A DNA stretch of 56,227 nt, counting the filler, from Platydemus manokwari (taxonomy: Eukaryota): assembly GCA_037951405.1 (NCBI GenBank). It is 5 parts of 5 records of this genome, joined end to end, with 100 filler letters (N's around TTAATTAATTAA, not from the genome) between each part and the next. Parts side by side here need not be neighbours in the genome. Positions count along the whole stretch, not along the records: positions 21,506 to 31,415 come from JBBMOY011190210.1; positions 31,516 to 43,409 come from JBBMOY010407777.1; 3 more parts are not named here. One strand, given 5' to 3'. The notes under the pieces are model-generated. The model was not told where the DNA came from. It was given only the letters and a program-made list of their open reading frames with translations, and ran no database searches. Made by a program: the position numbers and the translations under genes. Below, piece by piece: positions 26,911 to 40,560 of this stretch (the stretch's first letter is position 1; each line of letters begins with the position of its first letter).

Positions 26911-29900
26911 ATTAATTTTTGTTTAAATTTAATCAGTGAAACTAAATCGATGGAAAATAAAAATATCAAGATTTCGATGAAAGAAATAAGATGTACCAAT
27001 AGGTAAATAAAAGTGAGTGACGTATTTTAATGATTTAAAAGTCGAAATAATGTGAAAATTTGTGTCTTTAATTATTGTATTGGGCTGAAATTATGTTGTT
27101 CTAAGTTAACGAATATGTGGTCACGCTAAGTAGAGTTATTTAAAGAAGTGATAACAGCCTTTAAACTACACTTACATGTTGTAAAAATAATAGAACGAAA
27201 AGGGAAAACACAAAACAATAGTACCCAAAATAATCAATAATTATTTCATATCTAAAATGGATTCGATAAGGGCACATGAATGAAAACAAAATATCATAAT
27301 GGCATGCGCTATCTTTAATCAAATAAAGACAACCAATTCAGCCGTGGAGATAATTTGAGGATATTGTAGGTGATTTATTAAAAACTTTGGTCTTAAAACC
27401 TCATGTAACCTCATTTAACTTATCAACAGTTTCTCTAGGAAAGAAGGATTGTTCAATATGGTAACTACCTTGTAAATGTATTACAAATCTATTATCGAAG
27501 GTGTTCATTTTCCAATAACGTATATTAAATGACTACTGGCATATCTAATAAATGCAAAATATTCCTTTTCAACAGATCTCCCACATATAGTGTCAGGCTA
27601 GATATGAAAATTATTCATTTTTCCATTAACAACCGACTTATTTATGGAATAGTAAGTGAAAATCAAATTTGTTTAACTAAATTGGTTATTTGGAGTAGTT
27701 TTTGAAAACCTTAATATGCCAGAAAAAATAGTTCATATAGTTTACAGATAATAAGATCTCGAACTCTAAATAATACAGCCGGCTTTTAAGATTGTTGAGA
27801 TATATTAATTTAAAATCCAAGTTTCATATAAGATTTTGAGCAAAAATATTAATTTCAATTTAATAAATAAAAACGTTTAATTTTTTAGGTGTGTCTTAAT
27901 GAAGGTGCAATATTTGTATTGATTTCACTAATTGATCTGTGGATTTTCTGGCTTTGAAGCACTGCCATAGACCAATCACATAATTTATTGTAACCATTGG
28001 TTACAGATAGAATATCGAAAGTACTACATAATTAATCCACCACCATTTTAAGACTCAAAGAAATCACACACATACACTGTGCATATTTTGTGTATTTTAT
28101 TTTATTATTATCCGTTTTGATTATATTCGAGTTTCATGTCAAATTATTATTAAAAAACCTGATTCGTTTATTAAATTTAAGGTGAGTTTAAAACTATATT
28201 CGATTCCAAATTGTAAAGAATTTATCATATCCTCAATAACGCAGATATCTAAATTCAGCACTAGCACCCTAAAAAAATAACCAGATATCTTGAAAATAGG
28301 ATACGTGTTAATTATCACTACTACACTTTTATTTTTCGTTGCTCCCAGTACGATAATATCAATTAAGTTACTCAAATACAGTAAAAATGCAAATATAATT
28401 TTAATAAATGACCTATAAAATTCGCAGTGGAAAAGAATCTTAACTGTCAAACATTTGGGAGATTTATTTATTGGTTGTTTCATTAAATCAAAATGAAAAT
28501 TCGAAGAATGTGAACACTAAACCGAATGATTAATTAAAAATAAGTTCCAAAAGTATTTTACAATCTAACTGCAAATTAAAACACATCTTACTCTTTATGG
28601 ATCATTTTAGGGAATTGGGTTAATTTAGTAGTACCCAAATCTAGTACAAAGGTTCTCTAGTTATGAATGTCATTGGTTATAATAAATAAATTTAGAAACA
28701 GAACATGTTTAATGTTTTAAGCTAGTGGCAAACTCAAATTTGACTGATGTTAGATTGAAGGAAATGGCTACATTGGAAACTGAAAAGTGCCAGGTATAAA
28801 AATTATACAATCATAAATAAATGAAGCATCAATATTTCGCTATAAAAAAGAGCTGAAACAAAAATTTCTTCAATTTCTATTTGATGTTTAAGTTTGAATG
28901 CTGAGTATACGAAGGTCTTTTTTCTGTTCGAGATCGTTCGAGTCTCTAGTTGAGCAAGAAGTCATTTTCATCTTTTCAGATTAATGTAGCTGTATAGTCA
29001 TCTGTGGTATGGTTTATTTTGTTCACTTGTGATTAGTAACTTTTGTAGTATGTTTATTCACGGTAGGTTACTTATATTATTTAATTTAATTGGCTTTCTT
29101 CAGGTGTTTTTTATTAGTTGCCTTTCCAATGAATTGTGCTTTTTACCAACTGAGGATAGTGCTGGTTAGTTTTACAAAATATTGTTATTATGATCATTAT
29201 GATTATGATAATGATTATTATGATTATTATTATGATTATTATTATGATAATTGTTAGAATTTATAATTGAATTAAATTTTTAAAGATTTAATTTTATATA
29301 AAATTAAATTAATTTGTTTATATAATTCTATTTAAATTTATAATTTGATCTCGTGTCTTTTCAGTTCGTTCTCGATGCCCGTTTTATAAAATAGTAGCGG
29401 CTTACTATTATTATTATAATTATGATTATCATTCTTATTAACTACAGCCATTATTAATATTATAAATTATATTTCTTATATTGATATCTCCACATATTTA
29501 TTAATTTATTTATATGATTGTGTTTTTGGCTGCCTTCATAAGTTCCAGAACAAATTCAACCAAACGAAACCTTGGTAATTAACCAGAAATATTTATTTTA
29601 TCAAAAACATTTAGCATTTGCATCTATATAAATAATCACTACATCGATTTCGACAGTTATTCAACAGTTCAATCATGTAGAATTAATGATTTATAATGGT
29701 CCAAACAAAGAGAAAATATTATTACTTTTTTAATGAAAAAAACTTAATTACAACTCAAAATATTTCTAATTTCATTTATTTTGTCATTTCAGTAAAAAAA
29801 TTGTTTTTAAAATTTAATTTTAAAAATTACGTGAAATATTTATGAAATGGTCAAATACTATGTTAGGATTCTTAATCTACCTTTTGCAATTCGAGTATTT

Positions 29901-31338
29901 TCCAACGTAGTTTGTATTCCATTTCGGATTTAAAGATTTGTGCCCGTAATTAGTAATATACGGTTTCAGAATTATAAATTAAAATGCAATAATAATATTA
30001 ATTATTAATAAATAAAAATAATATTAATAATATTTTCACCCTAAAAATATTGAAAATAAATATAAATGTTCACCAAATGTTATTATTATTTTATTATTAT
30101 TATATTATAATACATTATAATATAAAATTGTCTCGCAGCTCGACTTCTCCAGAGCTTGAGGTTACTTAACCACAACACAAAATCCTACAGAAGAATTTAA
30201 AGTCAAGATAAAGCGCTGAACTCACACTGACCCTATGAAAGTAAAACAAGAACACAAATCAAATAATTGTACTTTTGATTAGTATTTATTAAAGGTTTTA
30301 TGGAATTCTGGAAATAGATGGTGGTCATTGCAAATTGGCAAAAATAAGTCGTCATCATCGATTCACCACTTACTCTGTTTCCATATGCTCGAAAGCGGAT
30401 ATGATTCGAGAAAATCACCATTCTATGAATTGTCAAAATCAAATAAATTACGGAAATTCTTGTTACCTCTCTTCACACTAACCAAGGGTGCGAGATTAGT
30501 AATTCCTTAGACATTTGCAAGGAGGAAATTGTTGGCAGATCTGGAACATTAGTAGAAACTGATATGACAAATAGAATTGAGTCAATTGATAGGATGACTG
30601 CTTCGACTTTAGGATTGATTCATTTTGGAGCAAAAATAAAGTGAGGCAAAAGGATCTGCAAAGCAGTCATCCAGACAGCTTTTTTATTCCTTCAATTAAA
30701 CGCTTGCAGAGTTCAATTTCAGATTATATTATAAGATCATAACGATTTCCATAACCAGATACATAGTTTTAAATATCGATCGCAATATGTATTGCATTCT
30801 AAATGACCACATTCATTATTGTATCAAAGGTGATTTAAAAGGATTCGACTATCCGATATCGATTTGATAATTTACCCTAATTCGATTTTTAGGGTGATTT
30901 TGAAGGTGGAATGTTCATGGATTTGCAGATTGAATTTACAGATCAAGTTCCTAACCGGTCTAAGATATCATTATATAAAAAATTTCTACTAATTTCTAAG
31001 AACCTTTCGTTTAACATCAATATTTATCCATCGCTCTGGGGAAATATTTGCTATTCTAATAAAGGAATAATTTTTAAATTCTTGCCCCTCACTTAGTGTA
31101 AAATGATTTATTTTCAAACTCGCAGTTTTATAACAGCATCCATTTCCGGAATTGTAGCTTCAATGGGTATTTTATATGTATGTAGATCCAACGCTTTTCA
31201 TAGTCAAACCCATGTCAAGTAAAATTATTCTTTAGATTGTTTATTATCTGGCAAAATTAGTATCAATTTATCTCCATTTTTCCTTAAATAATTCAGAATA
31301 AGAATAGTAGAATAATAGAATTGATCTCTGAATTATTG

Positions 31339-31415
<77 letters not shown>
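31339..31415 (+). repeat. (TCTA)n microsatellite running into contig end
   Basis: About 19 perfect units. Confidence 0.97.
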
Positions 31416-31515
31416 NNNNNNNNNNNNNNNNNNNNNNNNNNNNNNNNNNNNNNNNNNNNTTAATTAATTAANNNNNNNNNNNNNNNNNNNNNNNNNNNNN
31501 NNNNNNNNNNNNNNN
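31416..31515. other. Artificial contig-joining spacer
   Basis: 44N-TTAATTAATTAA-44N. Confidence 0.95.
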
Positions 31516-31617
31516 ATAGAGCTTCAAAATGACGTGTATGTTAATGATTTGCTACAGCACACACACAAGTGTTTACATCTGGTGTCAAATTCAGGTTATT
31601 AAGTTATAGACCCAATA
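31516..31617 (-). mobile_element. Terminal fragment of the same mariner-like family
   Basis: Same sequence as 21506-21579, extending inward to CATACACGTCATTTTGAAGCT; different external flank after the TA. Confidence 0.65.
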
Positions 31618-31892
31618 TTTAATTATCTAAATATTTTGTTTTTATTAATGATAAAATATAATTTTATTTTTAGGGGTAAAATTTATTTTTAATTTAAATA
31701 AATATCATTAATATTAACTTGAATAATCTTAAGAATTCATCGGTCTAATGAACTGAAATTAATCTTGACTCTAACGACTTATGGACTTAACCAACTCTGT
31801 AGTTTGATTTTGATTTTAAAACAATATTTTTTTGATTGTTCCTTTAGTATTAGTTTTGAGTATTGATATTTATTATTAATATTAAATCTTAG

Positions 31893-32665
31893 GTTCCATA
31901 CCGTGGTTAGTAGTTCCAGAAATGTTTCCAGGCAGTTGCAGAGCGGTTGCTGTTTCGATATGTATTACTTTTAATTGGCTGTCTAATCTTGTCACTGGAT
32001 TAATCTTTCCTTCTCTCCATGTAAGATAATTTATATTAATCTAAAATTAACAGATCTAATCGCATAATTGTTTTGGTTTTGTATGATTTACAGTGGAAAT
32101 TATAAATTGATCAAATTTATTGATATGATTAACTTCAAAAACAAATATTGATTTTCTAGTTCTTCTTTCTTTATCTTCGATTTCTTTTATTCGAACTGAA
32201 AACATTTCCAAATCAATTTCCTTTTAAAACTTCATGAAATATCCCATTATTTAAAAATCAAGTCTGTCACACCAGATGCAGACTTTTATATCGAGGACTA
32301 TTTAATAATAGCGGAAGATTATTATATAAATATTTATGAGATGTACCATCTGATAAATAAGGCTTGAACGTTACGAAATTTCTGGTAAAATGAATGTTTT
32401 AATAATTATTTTTATAATACTTCATGAAATTCTCATTTTAAAAATCAATCTGCCTTGACAAAAAAAATGTCAAATGACTTAATTTTTTTTAATTTATTGA
32501 TGCTAGGATACTCTCCAAAATCTCATATTCTTGCCATTCATTGTATGTCAAGTGCTGTCAATAGGGTATCTTTTCAAATTCATGCCAGAAACCAAGCCAG
32601 ACAAACCCGCGAAATCCAATAACATTGCAAATGATCACCTCATCGCACAAGCAACGGAATTATAA
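31893..32665 (+). CDS. Facilitated sugar transporter (GLUT/SLC2A, MFS), last two exons 31893-32020 and 32507-32665
   Basis: GSIPWLVVPEMFPGSCRAVAVSICITFNWLSNLVTGLIFP (TM10-11, PW..E.F..R and NW..N motifs), then TM12 and PETK; GT-AG intron in frame; stop TAA at 32663-32665. Confidence 0.92.
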
Positions 32666-35600
32666 ATTAACTTTTGAAAAGAATCCCAAGAATCGAACAA
32701 ATGTTTTTTGTTATTTATAACAATAAACTTTTTATTCTACTTTGTTTTATTAATTATATAATCGAAGTGGTTTGAAATTAAGACAAATGAAATTAACATA
32801 AAAGATATTGAGAAGTTAACCCACTAAGAACGAATTGCAGTCATTGTCTATTGATAAAATATTTATTATGAAAACCCAAATAGACGTTGGCAGTAATTGC
32901 AATGGTAATTTTGGTTAGTGAAACATCTAAACCGCCATAGGTAGGCAAGCATGACACTCAGAAATTTGAAAGTCAAATAGCGAAATATATGTAGCTCTAA
33001 ACATGACATTCTGAAATATAAAATTAAATATGTCATCATCAGTATTGAGTCAAAACAATAGAAAAAGAATTCATGTGTGTCAGAAATTTATGAATGATAA
33101 GGTAAACCAAATAACTGAGATATCACTAAATAAGCAAATTTTATGCTCGGTAGACTATGAAATATGAGCCAAGAAAGGTGTTAGACCGAATAATAATGGA
33201 AGAAAATTCAGATGAGACTGCTTAAGATGTAGCTACTATTTATGCTGACGATAATCGATCAGATTTATATAAAATTTGTTTTATAATTGGAAACGTTTGA
33301 AATAATTTTAAAAATATACAAATTATTTTTGGGAATTTTGTAAATATGGTTAACACATTAGAATAAATTAATCTTATGGACTTCTAAGACATACTATTTC
33401 AAAACTTAACTATAAATTTATAAGATTTAAGCTAATAAAAGATAGAGAATTTTTTCATACATTCATTAGTTTTTGTTCAATTTATAATAACTAATCATCA
33501 CTTTTGTTTTAATGTTTCTTTTCGTTTTATTATTTGAAAAATGTAATTAAATGTATTTAAAGTAAGTAATGTTTCTTATTCAATTGTTACTCATAATTTA
33601 CGTTTTCATATTTTGAAATAAATTATGAATTCATTTTAAATTATTGAATAGAATATATAATTTTTGATTTTGACTCAATCTTTTTTTTGGATGATTATTC
33701 ATTCACAATTGCAGAAAATAAATATTGTTTCATGTTCGATATCAACTTGTGCAAATTATCTTTAAATACAAGGTTAAGTTTGAATTAACCTTTATTTTCT
33801 TTGAAAGTCATACATTTGTGGGTTTACTTATTGGCAATATATAATTTGGGAAATTTTTATTGGATATTTAGTTGGTTCGGCGAGTTTAAAATAGGAAGTT
33901 GTAACATATATTACGTTTGAGACTATTAACCATAAATATTACATAGCGTAGTAATAAGCTTATAATTAAATCTTACTGTTTCTTGGTCTCCCAAGACTTA
34001 AATTAATTTGGACAACGAGATAAACATGTTAATTTATTTTGCCTCGAAATTTATAATCAATATATGAATTCTATTAAAAGTAAAAATACAGTCTAATTTT
34101 TATGCTCTAAACACAGTATTAAAAGATAAGTGTTTGTCTGCATTTGCTAATTGGCATTTTGGTAATCATAATGTAGTGCATCTTTGTGCTTTATAATCTA
34201 TGAAAATAGAGTGTTATTTGGCTTCAGATTAAGAAACGTTCACTGCCGAAGATGTATCTATAGGGTCTGAGCTAGTTGCAAAAATATTTTTTATTTTTAT
34301 TTATTTTATTATCAATAGGTAGTTCACTACTAGTATTTTTAGGAATATTTGCGTTATGTACATTTGATTTATTTTGTTCATTTTTATTTTTTCGATGTAA
34401 AATGGATCGCCAATTATTTGGTGGAACGATATCTGTATTAATTTTACTTCTGCTTCCGTTATTATTATCAGGTGGGCTTGGATAGTCGAGGCATAACTCT
34501 TGCCAGGTTTAATTAAGTTATTATTAATTTAGAATTAAAATTAAATTGTGGGCCGGGTACCTAGTCGACTTTCAATTTTTAAAATTATCTCTTTTATATT
34601 ATATATTCAATAATTGATTCAAGAAACTAGTTTTTTAATTTCTATGAAATCTTTATTTAAACACAATTTTTTATTTTACCCAATATCGAAATGCTATTCA
34701 TGTCATACAACTTTTTCGCATTTTACATTCAATAATACTAAGACATTTATAATTCACGAAAACTAAAATCTTATTGGACATTAAAAAATCAATAACTGCA
34801 AAATGAAGTTTTCAAAAATCGTATAATTATGCACACTTTAACGGTTTTGCAAACCAATTATTTCAAATTATTATTGAGTGTTAAAATTATTGTACCAAGC
34901 GTTTCGATTGCTTTTGTATTGTGGACCTTTAGGCTATATCTTGTGTGAAATTTATCCGCAAATAAGGTTTCAATGTCTTAATAATTTTGTATTTTTATAT
35001 TAATATTATTTTTATATCTTGTTAACATATTTTATTCAAGTTATTTTATTAGTTATTCTGATACTTTGTTTATTTGTAATGATCTGATTTTTTCTTCTGA
35101 TTTTATAAATTACCTTTATAATAAATTCTTTTTTTACTCATTTAATTTCTATTTATTAGAAATTTATAAAGAATTTTTTACTTATCTTAAAAACAAATTA
35201 CCTCAAAATACATCGGTATCGCACTCTGTTAATCCAAGTGCTATGTCCGCGAGACATAATCATTGAACCTCTGCACCCGCAATAAGTTATTTGCCTACTA
35301 ATTAACTTTGCATTCTTTTTCACTAATTAGTATCAGATAGGATCTCGATTACACAAATTCTTATTTCAACTTTTGTGCTTCCAAGGCTATTGTAATTATT
35401 AGATATTGTTTAATTTTATGGTAATATTCTCTAAATATGAATTAATACCTTTCACCGCATAAGATTTATTGTATTTTTTAAATTATATATGGTCTTATGT
35501 TTATTTTTATAATCATTTCAATTTGAACATTTCTTGAAAAGAAATTTATATCCAACACAAAAAATTTCACTTGAGAAATATTCTTAAATAAAAATACTTA

Positions 35601-38475
35601 TAGTCAAGAATATTCGTTAATGCGCGAAATATCATTTGATGCTTATCATTGAAAAACTCGTCAGCAATTTAAGTTATTTGCTACAGCTTACTTTCACAAA
35701 AAATTCTTTTAACTATTTACAAAAATTCAGTTAGTAGCCAATGGAAATTCAAGAGTTTTTGTTATCTTGTTGGCTGATTTGAGTTGTGGTCTAGCGATGT
35801 GTCATCTTAAAAGCTAGTTGCAGAAAATCAATCATTTTTCTCTGTCAAATTTTATTGAAAATCAGTAAAAATATTCATAATTGTTAATACGCATTCTTCA
35901 CCCTTGTTAGGATTTTCAGTAGTCATGATTATTTATTTTCCATTACACTTGCGTTGTATATTTATTCCTGTCGCTTGTTATTATTAAAGTTATGTTAGAA
36001 CGCACTTTAATATCAACATAAATGGAAATCTCTAAGTTCTTATTAATAATATATTCAAAAGTAATTTTTTATTTCAATGTCTGGTAACTATTTTATTTGT
36101 TCATAAAATATGTAACAATTTTTTATTTTTATGTCTTGCTACTATTTTTGTTCGCATTTTTAAATCAGATATGATTTTATTTTTCTCGCATCACTTAATA
36201 TTCAATTTTCCTGTAATCGCGTGTTTTATTGCTTTGATTTTAGAGTTTTATATTATTTTATATTTTATTATTAGTATTATTAGTATTATTAGTATTATTA
36301 TTCGATAATTGTACCTTTATTATCACTATCGTCATTTATTTATTATTACTTTAACTATTGTTTGTTATTTAAATCATTTATTTAGAATTTTTTGCCTCTC
36401 ATTAATCTCTTATCGATTTACAATTTAAAAGAATTAAGACAATATCCATATAAAGGTATAATAGTTAAAATCATAAACATACGCAAGATAACAATAAACT
36501 AATACTATTTATATTAAGCACTTCACGCTAAGATAAAATAAGTGTCAAAACAAAAATTCAAATCAATTCAATAGTTTCAAAATTTCAATTCAAAAGTTTT
36601 AGGAATCAGTTTGATAGATCAGTTCAATTGGTTGTGATGATCATCAGATAGGATTTTATTACTAATGGTTGCTGTCTTATTGGAAAAGGTTTGTATTGGA
36701 ATCAGAATGAATTTGAACTGGGAAAATTGGAGAGCTACTGTTTGTGTTTGTGTTGATTATTTATTGGGCTGGGTGGCTACCCTCATCAAAATTAATCTTT
36801 AAAAATAAGAATAATATAACTAAAAATGAATATAAATTTTGGTTTGGAATAATGAATAAGTAAAGAACCATCAACATTATGAAATACAAAAAGTTTATTA
36901 ATTTGATAATGGTTTAATGATTCACTATTTCTCTCTGGGTTTCTAGTATAGTATGAAGACTGATACCAAGAATTTAATAATATTGACTGAAATGAAGTGT
37001 CTGTGATGATAATACTTGAAATTAAAATTTCCCAGATCACATTTATCTATATGACTTTATTTATTTCAATATTCTTGAAATTTTCCTTGAAATTAGATTA
37101 TTTGTTATTCTCAATTCGATACCAAGCTTTATGATCAACTAGAATTTTTGCTGGTAACGGTATATTGTTGCAGCATTTTCCATTAGGCTTGCAATTCAAA
37201 TTAATATTTTTGTTTATTTTTAAATAAAACAAATAAAATATAAGTATAATAAACATGCTTTTGTGTTTTGAAGTTCTTACGTTCGTTTTCTACGCGTATT
37301 TTATAAAATAGTATTTTTTAACAATGATCAAATTCATGCCAACAAAATTTAAACCTATTGCTGGTATGTTAATAAATTTTCCAGTATTAAATTCTCTAAT
37401 TTTCTTACGCCTGTTTTGGTTCTTTATCTATTGACTTATTACTGTTGTCATGTATTTTACTACAATGCTGTCTTTATTATTTTACTTTTATTACGCATAA
37501 TATAAAACAAAGGTAAAGTTGTATTTATTTAAAGACTTATTAGAACTTTGAAATGTACGATGAGGACATTTTTGCAATCGGTAATCATATTTCGTTATTG
37601 CTAGTTTGAATATGATTACTATTTATTTTATTCACTGGTTCTTGTGGAGCTTTAATAATTCGTATGATGATGAAACTATCGGAAATTCACTTAAATCTAA
37701 AGGTAATAATAATACAACTATTATTGTATTATCTATTGTACAAGGCTTTCCAAACACTGTACAGATGTTATGTCGATCTTAACTGTAATGTAAAAACTAA
37801 ATTAATGCCCGTAACACAGTTATTATTTTGTTTGCTTTATAGTGATCAAAAATGCATTTGGGTTTATTTAATCTGATTGAAAATGTAGCAATAATATCAA
37901 AAATATGATGTGGTGGGATATTTTATTTAGCTTTTACTGATCCTAGAGGGCTTTGGTAATCTGTATGAGGACGAAATAAATGGTTAGACTGAAATTATCT
38001 AAAGATAGCCAGTATTACATGACTGAATCACCACAGCTAGATGTTAATTTTGGTTGAAGCAAAGTTGAGCTTCGTTTTGATGAACCAAAATAAAATTTAA
38101 AACACGTTGTCCGAAGTATCTTTTAATGTTATCGCATGCTCGTCTTCATTTTAATTCCGCATTTGGTATGTATTCGAAAATTATTTCACATAGTACTCGT
38201 GTATATCTTTTATTATTACTTTTTAATATTTCGATGAAATCTCGGTGTTCCTTAATCTTTAGGTCATGATATTTTTAGTGCGTTACCATTTATATACAAT
38301 AATAAGTGCTGATATTCCTATTAGTTTCCAAGCCATATGCAATAGTCACTCTATTAAACTCTAAAATCGTCCAAACCTTCTTATCCACTTATATTTATTG
38401 TTTATTACAATAATATGATAATGTAATTGATCTGATGTTTTGTCACTCATTTTTTCAATTTGATTATCAATTAGA

Positions 38476-38999
38476 TTAATTCCACTTTGTATTCGATTCT
38501 ATTGGTGCTGCTTTCTCTCTGGCTATTTTTAAAGATATCCGTACCGGGTATTCTTTATTATTGTGATAAATTATATATTTCGCGTCGAAAAATATTGTGA
38601 ATCTTGTTCCTTTTCGATTAACTCTATCATTACAGCGTATGGAATGTTTTTTGCTTTGATCTTGATCTGAGTATTCTTTTTGTGATTTGTATTTTTGTAG
38701 GGGTGACAAATAAATTGAAGCTGAAGTAAATGTTTCTAGATGAATTCCTTCTTCCGGATATTTGATGGTAACATCCGTCTGAGAATTATGAATAATCAGC
38801 ATTGTTGGCATAAAATTTATCTGGGGTAAAATATCCTTTATTTTGAAATTTCCTTGTTCTTGGGTAAATAATATTATTGTTGGTCTCATTTGAGATGCAG
38901 GTTTTAATTTATTGGGCAGATTTGTAAAATCATCAAAATATCTTATCCCAATTCCGACGGGGCTTTTCGGACTGTTCTTATTGTGGTAAACGGTTCCAT
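38476..38999 (-). pseudogene. Orphan protein (~170 aa), 5' end disrupted
   Basis: 137-codon open frame 38889-38476 preceded by MEPFTTIRTVRKAPSELG*DIL.. with stops and a frameshift. Confidence 0.5.
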
Positions 39000-39001
39000 T
39001 T

Positions 39002-39172
39002 CTTTTGGATTATTAAGGATTAAAATGAATAATCAGCAAAACGACTTACTTATATATTATTTGATTGAGACTTTTTAATATAATTGTGGATGCCAAATGT
39101 TTTGGGGCCGCTTTATATGTTTTAAGCACTCTAATCTCATTGGTCCATTTTTTATAGGTTTTTAACCATTGG
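39002..39172 (-). promoter_or_regulatory. Pol II promoter (2x CCAAT + TATAAA) and 48-nt 5'-UTR intron of the 38999-38476 gene
   Basis: Minus strand: CCAAT at 39172 and 39143, TATAAAG at 39117, GTAAGT donor at 39049, AG acceptor at 39002, ATG at 38999. Confidence 0.55.
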
Positions 39173-39498
39173 TTAACTTTGTTTTCCTTATTATTTTATT
39201 CATCAAGAATTTTTTATTAATAAAAATTAATTTATTTGCATTAAAGTTCCATTCATCAATCAATATTTCATACATCATTCGTATTGTGTATTTACAGAAA
39301 TTTCAATTTACAACGAAACAGTTATCATTTCCCATTCGATATTTACAATAATTATTTCAATGAAACATTATTCCATAACCAGTTTTTACTTTTTAACTGA
39401 TATTTACATTTATTGTTTCTATTATCAATTATTACCGAATGTATAAATTCAAATTTCAACTGGTATTTACAATTGTTTGCTTTATTAAATACTACTGA

Positions 39499-40543
39499 TT
39501 AACAAAAATTCCCGAATTTAATAGAATATTTTTCTATATACATTTCATTATATGCATCAATCTCCCATGATCGGGGATTGTCTTTGCAGTATTTTCTATA
39601 CAAATTTTAGCCTAAGGCTATTACTATCATGGTGGTAGAACTAAAGATCAATGCTAATATCAAAACTATATTCAAGGTGATTTAATTTCGGGGTTTCTTA
39701 CTACTTAATGGAATCAATTTTATATCACTTGTACTTATATTCTGCTTTTTTATTCTTAGAACAGATTTCGTTGTTATTTTTCTTATTAAAACTGGTTTTA
39801 GAACTACTTGTTATATATGAATTATAAGTTTAGAGTTACTTATTTCATAATACAATAAATTTATATTTGTGGGGTTTCTTATATCAACTTTCTGGAGTGA
39901 TTCCTTCAACTGAATTTATCTTATATTGATAATCGTTTAAATGGACTCTTACTTCGAAACCTTTTACCTCTTTCCAAATGATTTTTATCTGGTCTAAGAG
40001 TTTTCTATGAATATTTTCAGGGTAATTCAGGTGTTTGAGCTATTGCTGTTATGACTATGTTTTATTTTATATTGATGTTCATTCACATGCACTCTTACTT
40101 CAAGGCATTTTAAATCTTCCCAAATGATTTTAATCTGGTCTAAGAGTTTTTCAATAAATATTTTACGGGGTAATTCGGGGGTTTGGGCTATCATTGTTGT
40201 GATATCTTTTTCCTTTCTTATTTCTAACTGATAGATGGTTCCACATTTTAAATTATATATGTTTACGGCTCCATTGTCACTTTCGTGTAATCTATCATCT
40301 GATGCTTGGCAGTTATTTTTTGCCTTATTATTTAAATTAACAATGGTGTCTTTCAATTGATTTTTCGTTGATTTACACGCAATATTTTCCTAAGTTTCTT
40401 TATATAATATTAAAGCAAAAATCATAAGCCTACTAATAATTCAGGATCTACTTCCTGCTCCTTAGGCTTATCATTTTTATCGATTTCATTAGACTGAATA
40501 AAAATAAACTCGATTATATGATTTGAAAAATTACTTTTTTCAT
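39499..40543 (-). pseudogene. Type I membrane protein with FN3-like domains and an internal tandem duplication
   Basis: MKKVIFQII.. signal-like start; FN3 signature NIYNLKCGTIYQLEI; duplicated TPELP..LLDQIKIIW..EVRVH.N..QYKI; TM ITLNIVLILALIFSSTTMIVIALG followed by YRKYCK; AATAAA 13 nt after the stop. Confidence 0.6.
39915..40185 (-). repeat. Tandem ~124-bp coding duplication (40061-40185 and 39915-40037)
   Basis: The two copies align by eye and encode nearly the same peptide. Confidence 0.9.
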
Positions 40544-40560
40544 TTTCAATGTGAGAATAT

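Noticed and set aside
30893-31070. E2 ubiquitin-conjugating enzyme resemblance (FEGG.F..IEF...PN...NIYP..GNIC)
   Set aside because: HPN motif and PP turn are absent, the flanks do not match E2s, and a probable 43-nt intron would change the frame.
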